Source: Octopus vulgaris
Lineage: Eukaryota
NCBI GenBank assembly: GCA_951406725.2
Contig: OX597823.1
Location: 51,832,001 to 51,896,000 of the forward strand
DNA: 64,000 nucleotides
Reading direction: 5' to 3'
The first letter of the stretch is position 1, and each line of letters begins with the position of its first letter. This document shows, piece by piece, positions 26,311-38,951 of the stretch. A program made the translations under genes and the position numbers. A model generated the notes under the pieces. It was not told the DNA's origin. It was given only the letters and a program-made list of their open reading frames with translations, and did no database searches.

Positions 26311-26555
26311 CACCCTTTTAAAGCCTAGCCAGGCTCATGGGCCCTGTTTCCCGGTTTCAATGGTGTATGTGTTCCCCAGCTGGATGCATGCCAGTCCATC
26401 GCAGTGTTACTCATTTTTGCCAACTGAGTGGATTGGAGCAATGTGAAATGAAGTGTTTTGCTCAAGAACACAATGTGTCACCCGATCCAGGAATCAAAAC
26501 CACAATCTTACGATCATGATGCTGACACCTTAACCACTAAGCCATACGCCTCCAC
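26311..26555 (-). mobile_element. tRNA-derived SINE family D
   Basis: Reverse complement of gtggaggcgtatggcttagtggttaaggtg...ggttttgattcctgga...cttgagcaaaacacttcatttcac; same tail as the neighbouring copy. Confidence 0.88.
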
Positions 26556-26610
26556 AAAAATTGTAAATAATAAAATGTAAACATCAGACTACATTGGAAT
26601 TTCATTGATT

Positions 26611-26656
<46 letters not shown>

Positions 26657-26790
26657 AATCCATAATCATCATTGTTTATTGTGTCCACTTTTCCATGCTT
26701 GCAGACTGGACAGAAATTGGTAAGGTAGATTTCCCATGCTTGGATGCTTTTCTTGTTACCAGCCCTCACCTGTTTCCAAGTAAGGTAATA

Positions 26791-27264
26791 TTGGGTTGTC
26801 TGGAAAGTCCATGCCAATTTATAGTAGCTTACTTTCTGACATATTTTAGAACATGGTTGAGTCCATAAAATAGGATTTGACTACACATCAATTTAGAGCA
26901 CAGTTTAAGCTACCTTTTCGTGGAAGAAGGTTTATGTTCCTATAACCTGTGTTAATTCTGTAACCCTTTAAAATGGAAGATAAGAAAGTTCATTTTTGGC
27001 ATTTGATGCTTTGGGAACCAGACAAAAATTGCTACAGCTCGGCTGGGATGTGTTACACCACCCTCCATATTCAGCAGATAGTGCTCCTTTGGATTTCCAC
27101 TTATTCAGATCTCTGCAGAATAGTCTTAATGGTAAAAATTTCAATTCCTTGGATGACTTAAAAAGATACCCTGATGAATTCTTTGCTATAAATCCACCTC
27201 ATTTCTGGAAAGAGGGTATTTTCAAGTTAAAGGAAAGATGGAGATGCATTGTGCAACAAAATGA
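26791..27264 (+). mobile_element. Internally deleted mariner transposon (transposase pseudogene)
   Basis: TA + TTGGGTTGTC left TIR; N-terminus MEDKKVHFWHLMLW at 26973 joined to LGWDVLHHPPYSADSAPLDFHLFRSLQNSL...GIFKLKERW (YSPDLAPxD motif); right end missing. Confidence 0.9.
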
Positions 27265-27347
27265 TCCATCTCCTTATTCTTTACTCCCTTCCTCTGTCAT
27301 CATCCCATTAATATATACCATTCTTATTTTCTCTATTTTCCCCAATT

Positions 27348-27405
27348 TGTCTCTGATGACAGAATATCCTATACTCGGGGATATCCCAGAAACATCTGTA
27401 AGACA
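27348..27405 (+). ncRNA. Type I hammerhead ribozyme motif with intact core
   Basis: TGTCT CTGATGA cagaatatcc tatactcgg ggatatccca GAAAC atct GTA AGACA: stem I tgtct/agaca, stem II atatcc/ggatat, short stem III. Confidence 0.75.
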
Positions 27406-27797
27406 TTGAATTTTTTCCAGTAATAATATTGTCTATGACTTGAGCTGTTTGCCTTGCCTTAATATTTGTTGTCTTTTTTAACAATTATATATCCACTATA
27501 TTGGAAATCTGCAATGGCTCCATAACTACCATCTCAGCTACAACCTTGGAGCCCTAATAATCTATTACAACATTTATTTAGTGTACCTAATCATTTAGAT
27601 CACCTGTGAACTAAACCCCATACTTTGTATGTATATATATCTTTTTTCTCTTTATATATATTATATATATATATTATTATAATATATATGATTTTGATTT
27701 TGATTTGATTTATATTATATATATTATATATATATTATTACAATATATATAATATATATTATAACATATTTATTATATATTATGTATATTATAATAT

Positions 27798-28080
27798 ATC
27801 TATATCTATAAAAGGCAGGATGTGTGTGTTTGTGTGTGTGTACGTGAAAGATTTTTTGCACATCCACAAATTAGCATGCATGTCACTCCAATTTTAGGAG
27901 GACATTGGTCACGATCATTGCTGTGCTTTTGTCAACTTATTTTTCCTGTGGCACCCCCGGATAGTGGTAAAAATAGCTTTTCAACCATAACTTTTACCAA
28001 TTTTCACGCCAGTGAAATCCGTAAGTTTGATAACATGAGCTAAGTCCCCTGTTTTATAGATTAATTCACCCTAATACAAT
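27798..28080 (+). mobile_element. Helitron-like element 5' part
   Basis: TCTATATCTATAAAAGGCAGGATG(TG)n start; second copy at 15345-15502 (-). Confidence 0.5.
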
Positions 28081-28358
28081 GTCTCCGAAAACAAAATTAG
28101 ATTTGGACTACCTAGGCAATCTCAGTGTAGGAAAAGTGAAAGAGCTGAAGAGACTGACTATCAGCAGACCCATTAGTAAAATATAACTTTTTGGGCCAAA
28201 ACCTGGCAATAAGAGCTTGCAGATATTCTGCTACAAAACATTCAATAATATCGAAGCAGAAACTTTCATAAATCAGGGTATAATTTTTGAAAACTCTTTC
28301 TGAACCCAGTCAACAATGGGTATTTCTGCTAGTATATTATACATCATTATATATATAT

Positions 28359-28743
28359 AGGCGCAGGAGTGGCTGTGTGGTAAGTAGCTTGCTAACCAAC
28401 CACATGGTTCCGGGTTCAGTCCCACTGCATGGCATCTTGCCTTGTGAGTGGATTTGGTAGACGGAAACTGAAAGAAGCCTGTCGTATATATGTATATATA
28501 TATATATATATATATGTATATGTGTGTGTGTTTGTGTGTCTGTGTTTGTCCCCCTAGCATTGCTTGACAACCGATGCTGGTGTGTCTACGTCCCCGTCAC
28601 TTAGCGGTTCGGCATAAGAGACCAATAGAATAAGCACTGGGCTTACAAAGAATAAGTCTCGGGGTCGATTTGCTCGACTAAAGGCGGTGCTCCAGCATGG
28701 CCGCAGTCAAATGACTGAAACAAGTAAAAGAAAAAGAAAAGAA
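28359..28743 (+). mobile_element. SINE family A (reference copy; small deletion in head)
   Basis: tRNA-like head ggcgcaggagtggctgtgtggtaag...ggttcagtcccac, internal (TA)n(TG)n, tail gtcaaatgactgaaacaagtaaaaga. Confidence 0.92.
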
Positions 28744-28799
28744 TATTATAATAATACATATAAATATACAATATATATGTAATATGTATATTCTTATAT

Positions 28800-29250
28800 A
28801 CATTTGGTTGTTAGATAAATTCATTAACTTTTCCCGTTTATTCTAATCCTTACATTTCATCAACAGTTTTAACAAATCAGTCAATAATATATTCCCCTTT
28901 CTTCATAAGTTCTTGCTAACATTCATCTAGCTTTTGCAGTTTCACATTATTGTTGAAGGAAATACCTCACAGACTTTTGGTAAGCAACTGGAAAGGGTAC
29001 TTTATGAGGAGAAATTGGTGGGTATGGTAGAATTTACCAATTTTGGTCCTTAAATAAAATTTTTAGCAAATTAGAAATGTGATGCACTGTGTCACTATTC
29101 AGATTGCTGAGCCTTACCCATCACATGGGTGATGGCTATCAGAGGAACATACTATCTGTTGGATCAACTGATTATTAACTCAGATTCTCATGGATGAGCT
29201 TGTTCAATCATTTCTCCTTGAAATAAAGAGGCCAGACAAACTATGGTGAG
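28800..29250 (-). mobile_element. Highly decayed mariner remnant
   Basis: Minus strand gives W*ILPYPPISP (WEILPHPPYSP-like) near 29040 and approximately KLDEC*QELM/KGEYIID* (mariner C-terminus-like) near 28890-28940. Confidence 0.55.
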
Positions 29251-29451
29251 ACTGAGATGCTCAATTTACTATCTTTGAACTGCATAAACAATTCCTGGTG
29301 TAAACCATTTATTTGCAATTCTTTTAGTAATAGCAGCTACGATAAAACTAAAATAAAATTATTTTGCATGTTACTTCAAATACTGTTAGAAAGAAATGGA
29401 CAAATTTATCCAACAACCAATTCATATATCATGTATATATGTACATACCAT

Positions 29452-29646
<195 letters not shown>

Positions 29647-29727
29647 ACTGGCCATTAGAGTCTGATGAAACACAGTAAAACTAAATGCTTTATGGATGTG
29701 AAACCCTAGGTAACCCCATAGACCAGT
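29647..29727 (+). ncRNA. Type I hammerhead ribozyme motif, decayed stems
   Basis: actggccattagagt CTGATGA aacacagtaaa...tttatggatgt GAAAC cctag GTA accccatagaccagt; near-palindromic stem III accctaggt; stem I pairs at about 10 of 15 positions. Confidence 0.6.
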
Positions 29728-29813
29728 CATAACTACCTAATTACTCTGCTGCTCTACAACTTAGTGTGCTTTTCTTTTGGATTTATGATTTACTGATGAT
29801 ACATAATATATAT

Positions 29814-29870
<57 letters not shown>

Positions 29871-30129
29871 TGTTTAGTTTTATGTTCAGTTGGCATAAAA
29901 ATAGTTTTACATTAATCTGAAGGGTTATTCCATACTTTTGTAGAGTCCAATGTTAGTGTTCTTTAATGCTGACAATACTATTCTTGTTAAAGAATAATAA
30001 ATACATGAATATCATATATGTATAATGCATATGTATGTGTATATGCTATATATATATATATATATATATGAAGTATGAGGTATGTATATATTTATATATA
30101 TATGATATATCTATATGTATTTATATATA

Positions 30130-30175
<46 letters not shown>

Positions 30176-30887
30176 TGTATGCATATGTGTGTGTAGATAT
30201 ATATACATGTATAAATTGTCCGTGTATAAATAGACATAGATTGAGATAGATAGTAAGATCAATAAATAGATATATGTATGCTTATATAATTCTCTCTATA
30301 TAGATTAAATATGGGAATATATGTATATATATATATATATATATATCCACATTTATGCACATTCGCACACATACACATACGTATAAACATATATGTATAT
30401 ATATATAACATAAGTGTGTCTATGCATGCAACATTACTTTGAATTCGTTGTTCTCTTAGAAGTTGGTATGCAAATAAGATGTATTTTGATTTGATCATTT
30501 ACAGAGAGAGGGCAGGTGTAGTGCCCAGGCATTTGTTTTCCTTTCTTTTTAAGCTTCAGTGGAAACTTGATAAAATAGCGTGCTTGTTAGCCGCATGTGA
30601 GGAAACCATCACATTATTTCCATGTTTATCTATGTGTCATTCTTGACTGATGGACAAACATGTGTTCAGTTATTCATATATTTTGTACATTTCCATATTT
30701 ATTGCTTGATATATTGAAGAGTAAAATAATACATGAAATATAACTATTTGTGACATTATTTTGGTTGTCTTTATTCATTTATCTGTCTGTCCATGATGGG
30801 TTTTTATTTCATATATTTTTTGTTATTTTACTACAATATCATGGCTTTCTTTATTTTTGTTTTGCACTACTTGTGTGTGTGTCTGTG

Positions 30888-30959
<72 letters not shown>

Positions 30960-31025
30960 CATATACATCTATAAAACAGATATATGTACATCCATCCATC
31001 CATCCCTCCATCCCTCCATCCATCC

Positions 31026-31058
<33 letters not shown>

Positions 31059-31254
31059 CAAGAATTCTTGTATATTGTATCTTCCGTCTTTCATTTGCCA
31101 TATATATATATATATGTGTTTGAGTGTGTGTGTGTGTGTGTGTCTATCCTTTCATTTTTGGGGGCAGATGTCTCAGAATATGCTCATCAAAGCAAGCTAC
31201 TTACCACACAGCCACTCCTGCACCTTTTTAAAAATTTGTTACAATAAACCTTTC

Positions 31255-31650
31255 TGCTAAAGGCACAAGGCCTGGAATTTTTGGGGAGGGTGCTAGTTGA
31301 TTACATTAAACCCAGTGTTCAACTGGTATTTATTTTATCACCCCCCCCCCCAAAAAAAAAGGAAGAAAGTCGAAGTTGACCCTGATGGAATTTGAACTCA
31401 GAACATAAAGATGGATGAAATACTGTTAAGCATTTTACCCAGCTCACTGCCTCAACAATAATAATACCTGGAATTTGAGGAGAGGGGGATAGCCGATTAC
31501 ATCAATCTCAGTACTTGACTGGTATTTAATTTATGGACACTGAAAGGGTGAAAGGCAAAGCTGACCTCGACAGAATTTGAACTCAGATTGTAGCAACGGG
31601 CAAACTACCACTAAGCATTTTTGCTAGGCAAGCTACTGATTCTATCAGCA
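31255..31650 (-). mobile_element. Two tandem SINE family B copies
   Basis: gaatttgaactcag occurs at about 31388 and 31573, each with B-type flanks. Confidence 0.75.
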
Positions 31651-32036
31651 ATAATAAGGGTTTCTGATTTGGGCACAGAACTAGAAAATTTGAGGAGTGG
31701 TATTATAAGTACTTGACATGTACAATATTTTATTGATCATCCTCTACTATGGCCACCACACAAAAAAAAAACAGAATGAAAAATGAACTTGGCCTCATTA
31801 GGATTTGAAACTAGAATGTAAAGAGCTAGAACAAATGTTACATTTTTTTTTATGATACTCCACTGATTCTGCCTGCTCTTCACCTTCCATATGGCATCTG
31901 CTCTTTACCCACTTCCACCTCTCCCCATACTACTACTGCTACTACTACTAATGATGATGATGACAATGATGAAGGTGATAGTATTAATTGATCTATATTT
32001 TGGCAAAAGGGTAGCAATTCTGAGGGGAGAAGCGAG

Positions 32037-32300
32037 TCCCACTGAGTTCAGTCCTACTTCGTGGCACCTTGAGCAAGTGCCTTGTACTATATAATTCCTG
32101 TACTCACAAAAGCCATGTGAGTAGATTTCAGAGACAGAAACTAAAAGAAGCTGTCGTGTGTAGGTGTGTGTGTTGTGCATGTCTTTGTGTTTGTTCCAAA
32201 TTGGGATCAGTTTGTTCGACCAAACCCTTCAAGCTGGTGTCCCAGTATGGCTACACTCCACTAACTGAGACAAGTAGATTAAAAAAAAAATGAAAAGAAG
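32037..32300 (+). mobile_element. SINE family A, internally deleted
   Basis: gagttcagtcctac...ggcaccttgagcaagtg...gaaactaaaagaagc...ccagtatggctac...actgagacaagta. Confidence 0.65.
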
Positions 32301-32374
32301 AAATTTACTAACAATTCAAATATAATCACAAGAGTAGTACTCTCTGCATTTCGGACTATTCTATCCAATGTAAA

Positions 32375-32703
32375 AGGATAGAGAGTAAAAAACCCCTTTG
32401 GGGTTATGAATGACCATAAGATTGCACCTAGTGAGTTACCCTCCAAGGCACTAGTCTGTGCCAGATTGTTTATGGAAGAACAGCAGTCACCCATGTATAT
32501 CAGCCACCCATGTTATCCAAGGGAAAAGCAAAGACTAATACAGCTTGGTACTAGTGACATCACAACTCATTTCTACAGCTAAGTGAAATGGAGCAATATG
32601 AAATAAAGTATCTTGCTCAAGAACACAACACACAACCTGGTCCAGGAATCGAACTCACTACCTCATGACTGTGAGACCAACACTCTAGCCACTGAGCCAT
32701 GCA
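32375..32703 (-). mobile_element. tRNA-derived SINE family D, long-tail variant
   Basis: Aligns with 55838-56156; head tggctcagtggctagag...gagttcgattcctgg on the minus strand. Confidence 0.8.
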
Positions 32704-32881
32704 ATGTAATGCTTATTTATTCACATTTTTTTAATCAATCATTCATTAACTCATGATGTAATTGTTTATATTTACAATGACATTATAGGGTAGGTGTGAG
32801 AAGTCAGATCTGGCTGGTGTGAACATTATACAGGTAGAATGTTTTGGCCGGATATGGCCAGTTTAAATGCTGAAAAGTTAA
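32703..32881 (+). mobile_element. piggyBac-like MITE, right part
   Basis: Aligns with 56970-57164 and ends aaatgctgaaaagTTAA. Confidence 0.6.
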
Positions 32882-33129
32882 GCAATGAAGTGAATATCCT
32901 TCACTCACTACAAGTTAGTTTATTTAAATAATTGGATCAAAACATTTTTACCTTTTTTATACATAGTTAACAATTAAAAATGCCTCATTCATATTGTTGC
33001 CAGCAGGTATGGTATATAATCTGCTTATTCAGAGATATATTAATTGTTATTGTCATCATCATCGTCGCCGCCGTTGTCATCATCTCACCAGCCTCATCCT
33101 TGTCATCATCATCTTTTACTTCATTATCA

Positions 33130-34460
33130 TCATCATCATCACATCATCATCTCTTCTTTTCCTTCCTCTCTTCCCTCTTCTTCTTCTTCTTCTCTACCCT
33201 TCCCCCTTCTCTACCACTTCTTCTCCTTCTCTCGCCCTCCTCTTTTCTCTTCTAACTCCACTCTCCTCCTTCATCTTCTTCTTCTTCTTCTTCTTCTACA
33301 GAGAGAGAGAGATAGATACATAATTTAATTTTCACTTTTCCTTTTTACCCTCAATTCTTTGTCCCCACCCCATTTCTTTCCTCTCCATCTCGTTAATTTA
33401 TTTCTTTACTTCTTATCCTTTCTTTTCTCTATTCTCACTTATTCTTCCTTTTCATCTTCTTCTTCTTGTATTCTTCAAACATCTGTGATTTCCCTCTTTT
33501 TCCCTTCACAGGAGATTTTACTCTCTCCTCAATTTTCTTCCTTGTAAATGCTATATTTCTGATGTCCTCACTTCCTAGATCTCCCCTCTTTCTCTCTCTC
33601 TCTGTATCTATCCCCTCTGTCTGTATTTATCCCTCTCTCTCTCTCTCTGTATCTCTCCACATTTCTATCATTCCTTCTTTCTCAGTATTTATGTCCCTCT
33701 CTCTGTATCTATCCCTTTCTCTCTGTGTCTATCACCCTCTCTCTCTCTCTCTCTGTATCTATACCCCTCTCTCCGTATCTATCCCTCTCTCCTCTCCCTG
33801 TATCTCACCCCCTCTCTCTGAATCTCAACCCACTCTCTGTTTCCCTCCCCTTTCTCTCTGTATTCATCCCCCTCTTTGTATCTCACCCCCTCTCTAGTAG
33901 CCATCTCCTTCTCTCTATATCTACCCCCTCTCTCTCTGTATCTCTTCCCTCTTGCTGTATCTACCCCCTCTCTTTGTATCTCTCCCTCTCTCTCTGTAGC
34001 TTGCCTATCTCTCTGTATCTATTCCTCTCTCTCTCTCTCTCAGAATCTCTCCCCTCTCTCTGTATTTAGCCCTTCTCCCTCTCCCCCTCTCTCTCTCTTC
34101 CCATATGACTTCTGATTCTGTTTCTTCCTTCAGACCCTTTCTCAGCCTCTCCTCTTCTGCTCCTTAAATCCATGGCCTCCCTCTACCTTCCACACCTAAT
34201 ATATTTTGGCTCTCTTTTAAATGGCATCTGATTTTCTTTGCTACCTCACTTCATCCACATGCTTCTCCTCTCCTTGCTCATTTTCCACTACCCCTTCTTT
34301 TTCTTCCTCTTTATTTTCAACTGTTATCCTCTACCCTTTGATTGTTAATCAGCTTTCTCTCTCTCTCTCTCCCTCTCCCTCTTTATCTATTTTCTCTCCC
34401 TCTCACTCTCGCACATTCTCTTGCTCTATCTCCCTCTCCTATTTATTCATTTATTTATCT
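33130..34460. repeat. ~1.3-kb polypyrimidine low-complexity tract
   Basis: (CTT)n, (CT)n and ctctctgtatct-like units. Confidence 0.85.
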
Positions 34461-34952
34461 ATTTTTACTTTACTGACAAAGTGACCAAGTGAGTTATATC
34501 CCTTGAGTTAACACTGGTCAGCAGTTAGGTCCAAGTGGCTGAAATAGCAGTCAGTGACTGGACAATGTCATACTATTTATATTTGTTCAGTAAATTTAAA
34601 ATATTTTAGTAACTAACATATTAAAACATATAGTAAGTCTTATTGTTTTTTCAACACAATCCAGGATATCTTGAAATTAAAATTTTAAATATATTTCCTA
34701 GTTTTAAAATTTAAGGGTTAATTTTAAACAATTTCATTTAAAGGTATAATATTTTTGTACCAAATATGAGGAATCTGGTTTTTGGAATGCAAGATGATTA
34801 ATTCTTTTATTCTTTTATTTGTTTCAGCCAGTTGACTGTGGCCATGCTGGAGCATTTTATTTCAGCAAGAATTTCATCTAGTAATTAGCACATTAAAACA
34901 TAATATAGTTAGTCTTAATGTTTCAAATAATTTCCAACATAATCCAGAATAT

Positions 34953-35346
34953 TTTACTCTCTGTCTTTTTACTCTTTTACTTGTTTCAGTCATTTGGACT
35001 ATGGCCATGCTGGAGCACCACCTTTAGTCGAGCAAATCGACCCCAGGACTTATTCTGTGTAAGCCTAGTACTTATTCTATCGGCTCCTTTTGCTGAACCG
35101 CTAAGTTATGGTGATGTAAACACACCAGCATCGGTTGTCAAGTGACACACATACATATATACACACACATATATATATATACATATATACGACAGGCTTC
35201 TTTCAGTTTCCATCTACCAAATCCACTCTCAAGGCTTTGGTCGACCCTAGGCTATAAGTAGAAGACACTTGCCCAAAGGTGGGACTGAACCCGGAACTTA
35301 TTGGCTGGTAAACAAGCTACTTACCACACAGCCACTCCTATGCCTA
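34953..35346 (-). mobile_element. SINE family A
   Basis: Matches 6757-7178 with deletions. Confidence 0.88.
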
Positions 35347-35689
35347 TTGTGAAATTAAAATTTTAAATATATTTCCTAGTTTTAAAATTTAACTGTTAAT
35401 TTTTTTAAATTCCATTTAATGGTATTATATTTTTGTATCAGATATCAGGAATCTGGTTTTTGAAACACAGGTTGATAAATGATATCTTTTTTCATCTTTA
35501 AGTTAGAATTTTACATCATCCTTTTCTCAAAAACATTATTATATACTACTTATGTTTTAAAAATCTCTATAAATGATTAATTACTTGTAAATCTTAATGA
35601 TATGATAGTGAAATAGAAACTGAGTAGGGGAAAGAAACTAACAATATATTGCATATTCAGTAACACATACATATATATCTTTTATCTAT

Positions 35690-36081
35690 TATCATTTACT
35701 TGTTTCAGTCATGAGACTGTGGCCATGCTGGGGCACCTCCTTGAACAATTTTTAGTTGAAAGAACTGAACCTAGTAAGTACATATTTATTTTAAGCCTGG
35801 TACTTATTCCATAAGTCACTTTTGCTGAATGACTAAGCTCCAGGGAACCTGATCATACCAACACTAGTTCTCAAGCAGACAAGGGGCAGATGCACACACA
35901 CACACACACATATGCTCAATGCCCATCTTTCAGTTTCTATCTACCAAATCCACTCACAAGGCTTTAGTCAGCCAAGGCTATATAGCAGAAGACTCTTACT
36001 CAAGGTGTCATACAGTGGGACTGAACTCAGAACCATGTAATTGGGAAGCAAGCTTCTTATCACACAGCCATGCTTGTGCCT
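35690..36081 (-). mobile_element. SINE family A, older copy
   Basis: tacttgtttcagtcat...ccatgctggggcac...ccaaatccactcacaaggc...cacacagccatgc. Confidence 0.8.
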
Positions 36082-36580
36082 ATATAATAACAAATATTAG
36101 AGATATTGTTGAATATAATCATTACATCATCATTAAGAATTAAATTACTAATGAGGACTGACAGTAAAATATTCCCAAATTTTATCAAAACTATAGTGAT
36201 ATTAATGCTATGGTAACAAAAATATTACAGAAAATACAAGCGTCATAAATTATATACATATATCTACAATCATGTGTTTATTGTTTGTGTATATACATAC
36301 ACACATGCATACATATATATGTTTTTGTGTATCTATATATATATATAAACATATAGGTATGTGTTTATATCAAGTATGTGTGTATATATATATATATAGC
36401 ATAGATAGATAGATAGGATGGATAGATAGATAGATAGATAGATGAATATACATATATATATATATATATATAACATATATATATCATCATTTAACATCCC
36501 CTGTAAACGGCTTTCGCTCTATGTATATGTGTGCATGTGTATATACATATACACGTATATATATATATATATATATACAT

Positions 36581-36756
36581 TCCAGAGTAAGCACATAAAT
36601 GTGAAACAAGGTGGAAAAAATAGTACTTAAATACCAGAGGTAGAGTAATATGCTTTATTGAAAAGCAGCAAAAGTCACAAAAACTGTCCAATGAAAGAGA
36701 ACATGAAACTCTGAGTAACAGTTTTTGTGATACTTTTGCTGCTTTTCAATAAAGTA
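36581..36756 (+). ncRNA. Hammerhead motif enclosed in a ~37-bp inverted repeat (inverted Penelope-type terminus)
   Basis: aaaaactgt CCAATGA aagagaacat GAAAC tctga GTA acagttttt; arms 36651-36687 and 36718-36756; 36581-36687 is the reverse complement of about 38144-38252. Confidence 0.6.
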
Positions 36757-37017
36757 CATATAAACACACACACACACGAATATATATGCTTATATAATTA
36801 TGCATGTTTATACACACTCACACACACACACACACATACACTTATCTGACTGAGTGGACAAACGAAAGATAGAGGTGCTCAATACATCTGTTTGAAGTTA
36901 CATATATCATTATTAAATAAATGTAATAATAACGTTTTTATTTGACTCTTCATGAGCTATGTTTGTAAGATGAGGTTGCAAAACTTTAAGTTGCATGAAG
37001 CCAAATCAGCCTATTAT

Positions 37018-37485
<468 letters not shown>

Positions 37486-38050
37486 GTATATACAAGCATA
37501 TTTGTTTACATATCCCTGCATAAAACTACACATGTCAACTGTCCAATGCATGACAGCATGGAAAAGCAGGATGTTAAATGATGATGATATATGAATGAAA
37601 TTACATACAAATATGTGTATATGTGTGTTTGTGGGTGTGTGTGTGTGCATGTGTGTATTTGTGCGTGATACGTATAAATGGATGTAGATATTTGTGCATA
37701 TATGTGTATCCATATATAATTATATACAAATGTATGTACACACACACACACACACATGTATGCATGTATGTATACATGTGTGTGTGCTTGTGAGTGGGTA
37801 TGTGTACATAGGATGTGGTTGTGTGGTAAGAAGTTTCCATCTTTCACACTTGGTTCTGGGTTCAAATCCACTGCATACACCACAGTCACTTTTTTCCTAC
37901 TATCACTCCAGGCTGATGGCGTGAATTTGGTTAAACACAAACCTAAAGAAGCCCAACATGTTTAAGTGTATATGTGTGTGTGTATATGTGTGTGTGTATG
38001 TATGTATGTATGTATGTATGTATGTATGTATGTATGTATGTATGTATGTA

Positions 38051-38086
<36 letters not shown>

Positions 38087-38101
38087 CTTTATTTAGAATC
38101 T

Positions 38102-38155
38102 AGCAAAAACTGTCCGATGAACGGCAACGGGAAACTCAGAGTAACAGGTTTTGTT
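38102..38155 (+). ncRNA. Type I hammerhead motif with CCGAUGA core
   Basis: agcaaaaactgt CCGATGA acggcaacgg GAAAC tcaga GTA acaggttttgtt; stem I about 11/12 pairs (one G-U), stem III act/agt. Confidence 0.7.
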
Positions 38156-38249
38156 GAATTTTCTGCTGCTTTAAATAAAGCATATTACTCTACCACTGGT
38201 ATTTGAGTACTCTTTTTTCCACCTTGTTTCACATTTATGTGTTTACTCT

Positions 38250-38290
<41 letters not shown>

Positions 38291-38507
38291 ATATAAATAT
38301 ATATAGAGATAGATAGATAGATAAATAGGTAGATAGAGAGATATACATATATGTAATAATAATAATCCATTATCCACACACGAATATATATGCTTATATA
38401 ACTATGCATGTTTATACACACACACACATGCACTTATCTGACTGAGTGGACAAACGAAAGATAAAGATAGAGGTGCTCAACACATAATATTGGGAATATT
38501 ATATCCT

Positions 38508-38557
38508 GTCATCGATGAAGGGATATAATATATATATCCTGGAAACAGCTGTAAGAC
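38508..38557 (+). ncRNA. Type I hammerhead motif, same family as 27348, mutated core
   Basis: gtca TCGATGA agggatata atata tatatcctg GAAAC agct GTA agac; 8-bp stem II, perfect ACAGCTGT palindrome. Confidence 0.65.
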
Positions 38558-38713
38558 CTTCTATCTATAAATTTTCTAAAATCTACACAGCCTTGGTTTT
38601 TTATCTCATTATGAAAGATATTTTTATATACACACGCTGACATATGACCAACGTTGAACACCTTATTCGCATAATCACCAAACCTGGAACTCAAATATGA
38701 TACATTTCTATAC

Positions 38714-38767
<54 letters not shown>

Positions 38768-38951
38768 CTGTGTGTCAGTGTGTGTAAGTTAGACTCTATA
38801 TTTACTCTAAGTGATTGGTGCTAATGCACAACCCATTTTGCTGCTTTTGGATATTAGGGATTTCAAATTTTTACCATTGTTATTAGTATGTTATCACAAA
38901 ATTAGCTCATCATATTCACGTACATATCCGTACACCTAAATTTTGCAAGTA

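Noticed and set aside
26996-27409. 137-aa ORF resembling the SETMAR/mariner catalytic domain as a functional gene
   Set aside because: Most of the transposase is deleted and the C-terminus runs into unrelated sequence
38429-38478. gcacttat CTGACTGA gtggacaaac GAAA...gaggtgc (also at about 36838)
   Set aside because: Extra base in the core, 2-bp stem II and no consistent stem III
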